DNA of 41,038 nucleotides from Parcubacteria group bacterium (GTDB taxonomy: Bacteria > Patescibacteriota > Minisyncoccia > Portnoybacterales > UBA2143), in NCBI GenBank assembly GCA_013203625.1, contig JABMPX010000002.1, positions 1 to 41,038 of the forward strand, given 5' to 3'. Below, one piece after another: positions 8,890 through 17,783 of the stretch (position 1 is the stretch's first letter; each line of letters opens with the position of its first letter). Below the pieces are notes generated by a model. It did not search any database, was not told the origin of the DNA, and saw only the letters and a program-made list of their open reading frames with translations. Position numbers and translations under genes: made by a program.

Positions 8890-10755
8890 TTATTCTATAA
8901 CCTTTCCGTCCTGACGAATGCTTAAATCATCAGGCAGATCAGTATCAATAATTTTATCTGCATTGCTTAATTCCGAACTAACAAAATTATCATAACCAGT
9001 TATTTTAGACTGCCCAATCAATTCCATTGTGCTATCAAGATGAGCTAAGCTGGGAGTTATAGCCACTTGAAAAGCTATTTGCTTAACTGGCAAAAGAACG
9101 CCAGTAGCAGCTGGCAAATCGCCAATCTGCCAAAGCAATTGGCCAGTCTGTAAATTGTATTCTAATTCTATATCAGCTGGGCTAATCTTATTCTTCCATT
9201 GAACATGTGGAGGCAAAAAAGCTTCTACTTTTACATTACTCAAATCATTAGCTGTATTAATTAATCTCCATTTAATTGTATAAGTAGTTGTTTGTCCAAT
9301 TTTCGGCGGAATTGGCCCACTATTAGGAATCAAATCGTCATTATAATATCCCTGCGCTTGAACAATTAAATCACTAGCTACCTTGGTTATTGATTTGCTC
9401 TGGCCAGTAACTTGAATATCCTTTAAGGCATCGGAAGTTTCCGAAGAATCTATTTGAACTGTATTAGTGATAATAAAATTCTTGTCATTATAGTTTTTTA
9501 TAGGCAAAGGATCTTTAACTTCAATTGAAAAATTAACAGAACCTTCTTGATAATGATCCAAAAAAGCTAAATCCGGTGAATTGCCAGCATTCCATGTGAT
9601 TGTTTGACTTACTCCATCAAAAGAGCCATTATTAAGCGTTAAACTAGTCAAATCCAGAGCTTCTCCTTCTATTTTAGCTGTAATTATTACATTTTTAATA
9701 CCAATATCAGTAGTATTCTGATAATCAATTTGGTATCCTAATGTTTCGCCAGTCTTAGCGACATAATCGCTTAATCTATTAATAGTCTGGCTGACAAATA
9801 AAGGGGAAACAGAAATTTTAAAAGCGCTAACTGTTTCAGCATAAAGTGTAAATTCGTCATCCTCAAAAGTTCCTATTTGCGCATTAAATGATTTTAGTTC
9901 TCCTTGTTCTCCTTGAATAATTCCTTTAACAAGAATTTCTCCTTGTTCGTTGGCTATTAATTCCCCGATAGGCCAAATTCTATCTTCTTTTAATGATTCA
10001 GGGTCAGATGATTGCAAAGTAAATCCGTCAGGATATTCAACTTGGACTTGTAAATTATCAAAAGAAGTTTCTGACTTATTTGAGTATTTTATAGAAAAAT
10101 CAAAGGATTGGCCGCTAACTAATTTTTCTGGCAAATCAAGATTAATAGCTAAAGGAACAGAAATTATCTTTGTAGAAAATTCAGCTTGGTTTATAAAGCG
10201 AGAACTAATTTTACCTGGTTGATAATTTAATTCAGCTGATACTTTTTTATCTTCATCTTTTAATCCAATGACTTTTACTGGTAGTTTGATTTCATTTTCC
10301 TGTTTTGGCTCTAAATCTGGCAAATCGTATGTCTCAATTAAATTTTCTGTATTTGAAGGAATTGATTTCTCTGGATAACGAAAAATTAATTTAATGTCTC
10401 TTAAAGATAATCGCGTATTATTTTTGTATTTCACAATATAAATTACTTCATCTCCGCTAACCATTTTCTCCGGCCCTTGAATTTCTAAATCAACATTATC
10501 CTTGTCAAAAGAGGTCATGCCATGCCAAACCATAAAACCTGATACAACTAAAAAGGCAATTCCTAAATAAATCGCGCCAAGACGCAAGTATTTTTTCTGC
10601 TTAGCTGACAGTTTTCTTTCTTTTATTTCTTTCCATTCTCCTGATGAAGCTTTTTCTCTTTCTTGTCCAGGCCGAAACATTTCCGGTGTTTCAAGCCGTT
10701 CTTCAAATTCAGATTCTGGTTTATAAAGTTTTCTTCTTAATTTTTTTAGTTCCAT
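8890..10755 (-). CDS. Membrane-anchored protein with repeated Ig-like/DUF11-like beta domains
   Basis: One N-terminal TM helix (~aa 57-78) followed by repeated G..Y.I.Y.N beta-sandwich-like modules. Confidence 0.7.
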   Translation of the reverse strand: MELKKLRRKLYKPESEFEERLETPEMFRPGQEREKASSGEWKEIKERKLSAKQKKYLRLGAIYLGIAFLVVSGFMVWHGMTSFDKDNVDLEIQGPEKMVSGDEVIYIVKYKNNTRLSLRDIKLIFRYPEKSIPSNTENLIETYDLPDLEPKQENEIKLPVKVIGLKDEDKKVSAELNYQPGKISSRFINQAEFSTKIISVPLAINLDLPEKLVSGQSFDFSIKYSNKSETSFDNLQVQVEYPDGFTLQSSDPESLKEDRIWPIGELIANEQGEILVKGIIQGEQGELKSFNAQIGTFEDDEFTLYAETVSAFKISVSPLFVSQTINRLSDYVAKTGETLGYQIDYQNTTDIGIKNVIITAKIEGEALDLTSLTLNNGSFDGVSQTITWNAGNSPDLAFLDHYQEGSVNFSIEVKDPLPIKNYNDKNFIITNTVQIDSSETSDALKDIQVTGQSKSITKVASDLIVQAQGYYNDDLIPNSGPIPPKIGQTTTYTIKWRLINTANDLSNVKVEAFLPPHVQWKNKISPADIELEYNLQTGQLLWQIGDLPAATGVLLPVKQIAFQVAITPSLAHLDSTMELIGQSKITGYDNFVSSELSNADKIIDTDLPDDLSIRQDGKVIE

Positions 10756-10767
10756 TGATTGTTTCTT

Positions 10768-11304
10768 TTATTTTAACAAATAAAACGCCTCTTGTAAAAA
10801 AGATCTTGAATTTAATTTTTCATTTAAAAGCGCTTCAACAAAATCAAGAAAATTCTTTTGTTTGCCATAACCCAAAAATTCTAATAATCTATTCTCAAAA
10901 TCACTGATAATAACTTTGACATCCTGATTTGGCTGATTGAGTTCCTGGAAACTAGATAAAAACATTTGCCAAATATTTTCATCTTTTTCTGGACCAATAA
11001 TTAATTTATCAATCAATTCAGATAGATAATAGGCAGATGATAAAGAAATTAAATTTTGATGAAGAAAAGAAAATTTTTCCATTGTTTCTGCTCCTGTAAC
11101 AATATCAAATCCCCTGGCCGGAGCAATCATTAAATGCGTATATAAAAAAAGCTCGAGATGACCTTTAAGTTTAGCTTGGTTTTTTCTAATTGATTTGCCT
11201 CTAAGCAAGATTTTGCCGAAATCTTTGGTATAAACAGTTAAAAGCCGGTCAAATTCGCCTATATTCGTTCTTTTAATGATAATGCCTTGGGTTTTATAAA
11301 GCAT
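10768..11304 (-). CDS. recO: DNA repair protein RecO (short form, no Zn finger)
   Basis: YKTQGIIIKR..IGEFDRLLTVYTKDFGK N-terminal OB fold; start reassigned to ATG 11304. Confidence 0.88.
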   Translation of the reverse strand: MLYKTQGIIIKRTNIGEFDRLLTVYTKDFGKILLRGKSIRKNQAKLKGHLELFLYTHLMIAPARGFDIVTGAETMEKFSFLHQNLISLSSAYYLSELIDKLIIGPEKDENIWQMFLSSFQELNQPNQDVKVIISDFENRLLEFLGYGKQKNFLDFVEALLNEKLNSRSFLQEAFYLLK

Positions 11305-11319
11305 ATGAATCAAGTGAAT

Positions 11320-11381
11320 CAAGGACAGTCCTTAAAATGACATCCTTGTGCATAAGGATGTAATTTTAAGGACTGTCCTTG
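11320..11381. repeat. 62-bp nested palindromic element, copy 1
   Basis: CAAGGACAGTCCTTAAAATGACATCCTTGTGCATAAGGATGTAATTTTAAGGACTGTCCTTG; exact reverse complement of 13109-13170. Confidence 0.97.
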
Positions 11382-11386
11382 CAATA

Positions 11387-13099
11387 TCATCCTATTTCTT
11401 TATTGTAGCATGCTTCGCAATAAATAATCTCTTTTCTGTCTGGGGCGTATGTTGTTTGGAAGGTAGTATTGCATCCTTTGTTCATACATTGCCTTTCCCA
11501 TAGTTTCATTGGATTTCTTTGTTTAATCCGTTCTCTATGTCTGCAATCAGGGCAGAGTCGTGGCAAAGAAAAGTTCATCTTTTTATAGAATTTTAGTTCT
11601 GTTGGAATTAGACGGAATACTCCTGAGCCAGCGCAGTCATCAGAAGAACATTGTATTACTTCTTTTAATATAGAGTTATCTACATCTTTTATGCTGTCTG
11701 GAAGGTTTTTTGCTTTAATTGTTGGTTTATATTCGCTTTTAGGTTTGTCATGCCATGTATATCCTTGGTCTATTGCTTGTTGTTTGGTTAAGGGGAAGTA
11801 TTCATTGGCTATTGTTTCATTGTAGGCAAAAGGACTTAATTCAACAGGGAAGAATTCTCCATACTTGTATACTCTGCCATTTTTATCAACATAGGGCATC
11901 TTGTTCATGTGTTCTTTGATTTTAGGAACTAATTCTTCATATTGTTCTTTTGTGTATTGCTTGTTTAGGATGCAGTATTGCTTGTGACGGAGGCCTACGC
12001 ATGCGAAGAGGTTGGAGGAGGAGTGACAGGAAAGACAGTATTCCATATCTCGACAATTTGGCCAACAGTTAAAACAGAAACTTAATTGATTAAGGCCATT
12101 CCCCAAAAGAACGCCTTCATAGATTAGACTAGCTTTTTCTCCCCAACAATAATAATCGTAGCAATCTTGAGTTATGTCCCATATGAGATGGCAATACCTT
12201 AAATTTTCTCCTTTTTTAACTAAATATGAATCTTTAACATTTTTAGAATTATCAATATACTCACCAAACACGTTAACATTCTTACGGCCATGCATGTATT
12301 TAACCGGGAATTTTAAATGAAGTTGTTTGGTTTTATTGTTCAATTCTTGAATGCTTTTATAGGAACCTGTGTTAAACTCTTCAAGTTTTTTGAAATATTC
12401 TTCTTTAGCATACGACTTGTTAAAAATATGATACTTTTTGTGTCTCAAATTTGCACAGCCAAAACAATTAGAACAATTAATGCAATCTTTACAAAAATAA
12501 ATCTCTTGACAGTCCGTACAATGGGAAGAAAAAAATGTTTTATAGCAATTGTTTAGCATAAATCCCTCATAACAAAGCTCTGATCTCCTAAGGTGATGAT
12601 TATCATAACAATTATTGGAACGATCAATGCCATTACCATAAGCACAGTTCTCGGAATGGCCGGCAAAAAACAAAAGATAGCAGTTTTTTAAAAAGGAGGC
12701 TTGCATAGAATAATCACTATTAACTAATCCACTTGACATACGACTAGCCCAAGGCACCTCTCTGCTCAATTTTTTAATCTGTTTTAGGAACGACTTGTTA
12801 AAATCATAATCATGACCATATTTTAAAGGATCCCATTTATCTGACCACCAAATTTCCTGATCATAGATTTTAATCGGCGCTTCTGGAGAAAAAACAGAAA
12901 AGGTTTTCTTCTTGGAAAAATCGCATTTCCTCTTATACAAATTTGTCTCATTCTGAAAAGCAAACCTCCTCTGCATCCTACAATCTGGACAAAAGGTTGG
13001 TTCTGGCACGTCTATCTTCTTGTAAAATTCAAAGTCCTCCGGTTCTATAGTGAACTTGGCTTTGCAGTTTTGGCATATTTTTGTTTTAGATTGAGTCAT
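11387..13099 (-). CDS. Cys-rich zinc-ribbon protein of a type common in Parcubacteria; function unknown
   Basis: Duplicated N- and C-terminal FYKK...CPDCR modules, two internal Cys-periodic modules each ending LRHK.Y.I.NK.Y.KE.Y, and terminal YCEACY; start reassigned to ATG 13099. Confidence 0.8.
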   Translation of the reverse strand: MTQSKTKICQNCKAKFTIEPEDFEFYKKIDVPEPTFCPDCRMQRRFAFQNETNLYKRKCDFSKKKTFSVFSPEAPIKIYDQEIWWSDKWDPLKYGHDYDFNKSFLKQIKKLSREVPWASRMSSGLVNSDYSMQASFLKNCYLLFFAGHSENCAYGNGIDRSNNCYDNHHLRRSELCYEGFMLNNCYKTFFSSHCTDCQEIYFCKDCINCSNCFGCANLRHKKYHIFNKSYAKEEYFKKLEEFNTGSYKSIQELNNKTKQLHLKFPVKYMHGRKNVNVFGEYIDNSKNVKDSYLVKKGENLRYCHLIWDITQDCYDYYCWGEKASLIYEGVLLGNGLNQLSFCFNCWPNCRDMEYCLSCHSSSNLFACVGLRHKQYCILNKQYTKEQYEELVPKIKEHMNKMPYVDKNGRVYKYGEFFPVELSPFAYNETIANEYFPLTKQQAIDQGYTWHDKPKSEYKPTIKAKNLPDSIKDVDNSILKEVIQCSSDDCAGSGVFRLIPTELKFYKKMNFSLPRLCPDCRHRERIKQRNPMKLWERQCMNKGCNTTFQTTYAPDRKEIIYCEACYNKEIG

Positions 13100-13108
13100 G
13101 ATTTGAGT

Positions 13109-13170
13109 CAAGGACAGTCCTTAAAATTACATCCTTATGCACAAGGATGTCATTTTAAGGACTGTCCTTG
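13109..13170. repeat. 62-bp nested palindromic element, copy 2
   Basis: CAAGGACAGTCCTTAAAATTACATCCTTATGCACAAGGATGTCATTTTAAGGACTGTCCTTG. Confidence 0.97.
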
Positions 13171-13179
13171 TGCATATCC

Positions 13180-13209
13180 AGTATACCTTATAAATCGCTT
13201 TGTTTTCAA
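13180..13209 (-). promoter_or_regulatory. sigma70-type promoter reading into repeat copy 2, the Cys-rich gene and possibly recO-glyS
   Basis: TTGAAA-18 bp-TATACT on the minus strand. Confidence 0.6.
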
Positions 13210-13233
13210 GAATAAAAACAATGATTGTCTATC

Positions 13234-13262
13234 TTGACTAAATTTCAATAAAGAAGTAATAT
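13234..13262 (+). promoter_or_regulatory. sigma70-type promoter for the 380-aa orphan
   Basis: TTGACT-17 bp-TAATAT. Confidence 0.6.
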
Positions 13263-13375
13263 CCCAGATATAGTTCATTTACATTTGGTTTGGCAGAAAT
13301 TTAAGGATTTCTTCCAAGGTTCTTTCCTTAAGAGGAAAGAGAAACAAAAACAGCTAAGGCTATGGGAGGTGTATT

Positions 13376-14518
13376 ATGAAAAGGAAAGAAAAAGAAACAT
13401 TTCTGGAAAGTCGTCCTCAACACGATAACTTTGAATATCTGTTGGCTAACCAGTTTCTCACTGAAGCATCAGATGAAGGGAAAATCAAAAAACTCAAAAA
13501 AGTTTTTGGGTTGGCCGTTGAATATCGCAATGATGAGGCAGCTTTAAAATTATTAACCCTTATAGATAAGGCGATTTACGAAAAGGAGAGAAGAATTGCT
13601 GAAGGACCTGGTGGCGACGGCCATCTTGGTAGAGCGTATGGACGGGCAAAAAGACAGTTGTACGATTACCTGATGGAAATGTATTGGCAATTACCGGACA
13701 TGAAACCCGACCGTCACGATTGTCGTGACATAATGTGTCCGACAATGCTCCAGACAAAATTCTGGATTCTGGAAGAGGTTATTCTCAATTGGCAACCTGA
13801 AGAACAAGGAGCCGTCAGAACATTTCAATTTCTGATTGCTGCTTATGAACCTCTGTCAAAAGACTGGCAAACTCCTGTAGAAAACGCCGAATTCAAAATA
13901 AAATCCAAAGGACGATGGGTTTCTCAGGAGGAAAGAGGTGAAATTTTAAAGCTAATCCGGAGACAGAACACCAGATTCAAATCAGGAGAGATTGAAAAAT
14001 GGATAAAACAACCTTGGATCCCTCATGAATTTGAAAAAATTTTAGCTATTGCCCGAACCCGCAATGGTGGACCAAAATTATGGCAAGATGACATTCGTAA
14101 CGCTGAACTACTTAAATTATTTTCTCCAGACGAACGAACTGAAGCAGCTATTAATCTTTTCCAACGAGAATGCAAAATCATTGCTGAAATTGACCAAAAA
14201 GTCCAGAAGCTTATTAACCAAATGACATCTGAAGATTATTCAGGAAGAGAAGAAATCGGTGGTTCTGAATACGTCCTTGGCAAGAGAGGAATAATCTACA
14301 ATACCATTTTCGAGATTATAATCCATATTAAACTAAGGCCTGATTGTCCAGAAGCTCTGGTTCGTGACAATTTTGGCCGAGCCAAACGACATATTAAAAA
14401 ATGGCTGAAAGAAAATCATTTTCGTAAAGTAACTCTTAACATGCGTATAGAGGGAACAGATTTTAAGTTAAATGGAGAATTTTATGGAGATCATCATCAT
14501 TTAGCTAAAAAAGGTTGA
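13376..14518 (+). CDS. Hypothetical protein, 380 aa
   Basis: Long ORF with strong SD GGGAGGTG, its own promoter and terminator; no recognised motif. Confidence 0.8.
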   Translation: MKRKEKETFLESRPQHDNFEYLLANQFLTEASDEGKIKKLKKVFGLAVEYRNDEAALKLLTLIDKAIYEKERRIAEGPGGDGHLGRAYGRAKRQLYDYLMEMYWQLPDMKPDRHDCRDIMCPTMLQTKFWILEEVILNWQPEEQGAVRTFQFLIAAYEPLSKDWQTPVENAEFKIKSKGRWVSQEERGEILKLIRRQNTRFKSGEIEKWIKQPWIPHEFEKILAIARTRNGGPKLWQDDIRNAELLKLFSPDERTEAAINLFQRECKIIAEIDQKVQKLINQMTSEDYSGREEIGGSEYVLGKRGIIYNTIFEIIIHIKLRPDCPEALVRDNFGRAKRHIKKWLKENHFRKVTLNMRIEGTDFKLNGEFYGDHHHLAKKG

Positions 14519-14526
14519 TATTAAAA

Positions 14527-14567
14527 CCCCGTTGGACTGAAACTAGTCTAACGGGGATTTTTTATTT
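14527..14567 (+). terminator. Intrinsic terminator
   Basis: CCCCGTTGGACT-GAAACT-AGTCTAACGGGG followed by ATTTTTTATTT. Confidence 0.8.
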
Positions 14568-14579
14568 CTTAAAACCAAT

Positions 14580-14608
14580 TTGCCAGAAGCATAAAAAAAA
14601 TATATACT
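14580..14608 (+). promoter_or_regulatory. sigma70-type promoter for dnaE-thrS
   Basis: TTGCCA-17 bp-TATACT, with the ATG 11 nt downstream. Confidence 0.65.
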
Positions 14609-14619
14609 GGAAACAACCT

Positions 14620-17600
14620 ATGAAATTTACTCATTTACATGTTCACTCTCATTATTCCCTATTAGACGGTCTAGCTAAAATAGACCAGCTTTTGGACGCT
14701 TGCCAGGAATTAAAAATGCCTTCTATTGCCTTAACTGACCATGGTTCAATGTATGGATTGGTTGAGTTTTATAAAAAAGCTAAAAAAAGAGGAATCAGGC
14801 CTATTATAGGATGTGAAGCATATGTTGCTTTTGAGGATATGCATCAGAAAAGACCTAATATTGATAATAAGCGTTATCATTTAGTTCTTTTAGTTAAAAA
14901 CGAAGAAGGATATCGAAATTTGGTTAAATTAACTACAAAGGCCTATTTAGAAGGCTTTTACTACAAGCCAAGAATTGATAAGGAATTATTAAAAAAACAT
15001 GCCAAGGGCTTAATTGGATTATCTGCTTGCATTGCTGGTGAAATACCTAGAGCTATTATTTCTGGCAAAATAGATCAAGCAGAGAAATTAACCTTGGAAT
15101 ATCAAGAAATTTTTGGCAAGGGCAATTTCTATTTAGAAATCCAGCATCATTCTAATTTACTAGAACAAAAACAAGTTAATGATGCTTTAATTAAAATTGC
15201 TAAAAAACACAAAGTTCCTTTAATCGCAACAAATGATGTTCATTATGTTAAGCCAGAAGACGCAGAAGCTCAAGATGTTCTAATGAGCATTCAAATTGAC
15301 AAGCGTTTATCTGACCAAGACCGCATAACTATGAAATCTAATGATTTTTCTCTTAGGCCAACAGAACAAATGATTAAAGATTTCAAAGATGTGCCTGAAG
15401 CAATTGAGAATACCCAGAAAATTGTTGAAAAATGCAATTTTGAATTTGAATTAGATAAAATTCAATTACCCTCTTTTGAGGTCCCTAATGGGCAAACACC
15501 TGATGAGTATTTAGAAAGTTTATGTAAAAAAGGATTGGAAAAAATAAGATTTGAAGCTTCTTCTAAAGAAGTTTTAGATAGATTGAATTATGAATTAGAT
15601 GTTATTAAAAAAACTGGTTATGCTTCTTACTTTCTTATCGTGCAAGATTTTATCAATTGGGCTAAATCCAAAAATATTGTTTGCGGTCCAGGGAGAGGAA
15701 GCGCAGCCGGATCAATAGTCTCGTATCTTATTGGCGTCACTGCTGTTGATCCGCTTAAGTATAATTTGCTTTTTGAGCGTTTTTTAAACCCAGAACGCAT
15801 CTCTATGCCTGATATTGATCTGGACTTTGCTGATGATCGCCGCGATGAAGTAATTGAATATGTGGCAAAAAAATATGGCCAAGGACACGTTGCTCAAATT
15901 ATCACTTTCGGAACTATGGCTGCTCGAGCTGCTGTCCGTGATGTAGGCCGAGTGCTTGATTATTCATACAGTTTCTGCGACCAAATAGCTAAAGCAATTC
16001 CTCTTGGTTCAACTTTAGAAAAAGCTATTTATGAATCACAAGAACTGCATAGTAGCTACGAATCAGATGATAACACTAAACGGCTAATTGACATGGCTAT
16101 GAAATTAGAAGGCGTAGTTCGCCATGCTTCCACTCACGCTTGCGGAGTTGTTATTACTAAAGAACTACTTGATGAATTAGTTCCCTGCCAATATCCTACC
16201 CAAAACGACGAATCCATTGTTACTCAATATGAAATGCACTCTATTGAAGATTTAGGCCTTTTAAAAATGGACTTTCTTGGTTTAAAAACTTTAACAGTTA
16301 TTCAAAATACTCTTAATCAGATAAAAGAATACAATAAACAAGAAATTGATTTAGCTAATATTCCCTTAGATGATAAAAAAACATTTAGCTTATTCCAACA
16401 AGCAAATAGCACGGGCGTATTCCAATTAGAATCAAATGGAATGAAGAGATACCTCAAACAATTAAAGCCAACTCAATTTGAAGATATTATTGCTATGGTT
16501 GCTTTATACAGGCCTGGCCCAATGGAATTTATTCCAGAATTCATTGCCCGAAAACATGGTCTTAAGCAAATCGAATATCTCCATCCTTTACTTAAACCGA
16601 TTTTAGAAAACACTTACGGTGTAATGGTTTATCAAGAACAGCTTATGCGTATTGCCAGAGATCTAGCTGGCTTTACTCTTTCAGAAGCTGATGTTCTTAG
16701 AAAAGCAGTTGGCAAGAAAATCAAAAAACTTCTGGATGAACAGGAAGAAAGAATGGTTAAAGGAATGATTAATAATGATATTGAATCAAAAATAGCTAAA
16801 AAAATCTGGAAAACTATTGAGCCATTTGCCCAATATGGATTTAATGCCAGCCATGCTACATGTTACGCTTTAATTGGATACCAAACTGCTTATCTTAAGG
16901 CGCACTTTCCAACTGAATTTATGGCCGCTACTATGACTTCTGAGCAAAATGATATTGAAAGAATCGCATTTTTGGTTAATGAATGCCAACAAATGAATAT
17001 TAAAGTTTTACCGCCTGATATTAATGAAAGCAACCAGAATTTCAGCAGAATAGATGAAAAAATAATTCGTTTTGGACTTAAAGCAATAAAAAATGTTGGA
17101 GAAAATATAGTTCAAAGTATTGTTCAAGAAAGAAAAAATAATGGTCCATATCAATCAATTACTGATTTTATTGAAAGAGTTGAATCTAAAGATTTAAATA
17201 AAAAATCGCTGGAAAGCTTAACTAAATGCGGAGCTTTAGATGTTTTTGGCGAAAGAAATCAAATTTTAACCGCTATGGAGCAAATACTTAATCTGGCTAG
17301 AGAAATCCAAAAAGCTAAAGAAAACGGCCAAGTAAGCCTATTTGCCGGACAACCAGATATTGAAGCTTCTTCCTTTAAATTGCCGAAAGTCATTCCAGCT
17401 GATAAAAAAGAGCGGCTTAGCTGGGAAAAAGAACTGCTTGGCCTTTATGTCTCCGAACACCCTTTTAAAAATTACGAAAAACGTTTGGCTAAAATAGCTA
17501 CTTCCTGCCGTAATCTTTCTAAAAATCAAGTTGGTCAACGAGTCAAAATTGGAGGATTCATTAATAAAATTAGAAAAATTAATACGAGAACCGGCCATCC

Positions 17601-17781
17601 AATGCTTTTTGTTGAGATAGAAGATACTACTGGACGAATAGAAGCTTTGGTTTTCCCTAATACGCTTGAACGAACATCTATGTCATGGCAAGAAGAAAAA
17701 ATTGTTTTGGTTGGCGGTCGTCTAAGTGATCGTGATGGCAACTTGAAAATACTCTGCGATAGTGTTAAAGTATTGAAGTAA
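14620..17781 (+). CDS. dnaE: DNA polymerase III alpha subunit
   Basis: FTHLHVHSHYSLLDG PHP domain, GRGSAAGS, PDIDLDF, KMDFLGL; start reassigned to ATG 14620. Confidence 0.98.
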   Translation: MKFTHLHVHSHYSLLDGLAKIDQLLDACQELKMPSIALTDHGSMYGLVEFYKKAKKRGIRPIIGCEAYVAFEDMHQKRPNIDNKRYHLVLLVKNEEGYRNLVKLTTKAYLEGFYYKPRIDKELLKKHAKGLIGLSACIAGEIPRAIISGKIDQAEKLTLEYQEIFGKGNFYLEIQHHSNLLEQKQVNDALIKIAKKHKVPLIATNDVHYVKPEDAEAQDVLMSIQIDKRLSDQDRITMKSNDFSLRPTEQMIKDFKDVPEAIENTQKIVEKCNFEFELDKIQLPSFEVPNGQTPDEYLESLCKKGLEKIRFEASSKEVLDRLNYELDVIKKTGYASYFLIVQDFINWAKSKNIVCGPGRGSAAGSIVSYLIGVTAVDPLKYNLLFERFLNPERISMPDIDLDFADDRRDEVIEYVAKKYGQGHVAQIITFGTMAARAAVRDVGRVLDYSYSFCDQIAKAIPLGSTLEKAIYESQELHSSYESDDNTKRLIDMAMKLEGVVRHASTHACGVVITKELLDELVPCQYPTQNDESIVTQYEMHSIEDLGLLKMDFLGLKTLTVIQNTLNQIKEYNKQEIDLANIPLDDKKTFSLFQQANSTGVFQLESNGMKRYLKQLKPTQFEDIIAMVALYRPGPMEFIPEFIARKHGLKQIEYLHPLLKPILENTYGVMVYQEQLMRIARDLAGFTLSEADVLRKAVGKKIKKLLDEQEERMVKGMINNDIESKIAKKIWKTIEPFAQYGFNASHATCYALIGYQTAYLKAHFPTEFMAATMTSEQNDIERIAFLVNECQQMNIKVLPPDINESNQNFSRIDEKIIRFGLKAIKNVGENIVQSIVQERKNNGPYQSITDFIERVESKDLNKKSLESLTKCGALDVFGERNQILTAMEQILNLAREIQKAKENGQVSLFAGQPDIEASSFKLPKVIPADKKERLSWEKELLGLYVSEHPFKNYEKRLAKIATSCRNLSKNQVGQRVKIGGFINKIRKINTRTGHPMLFVEIEDTTGRIEALVFPNTLERTSMSWQEEKIVLVGGRLSDRDGNLKILCDSVKVLK

Positions 17782-17783
17782 AT

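Noticed and set aside
11387-14518. Diversity-generating retroelement or integron
   Set aside because: No reverse transcriptase or tyrosine integrase gene, and I noticed no template/variable repeat pair in the window.
14515-14619. N-terminal extension of dnaE (similarly for tuf, mscS, rpmC, recO, adk)
   Set aside because: The extensions run through terminators, promoters or neighbouring genes; homology begins at a downstream ATG.
14620-17781. Intein in DnaE
   Set aside because: Normal length (~1053 aa) with no intein-like insertion evident.
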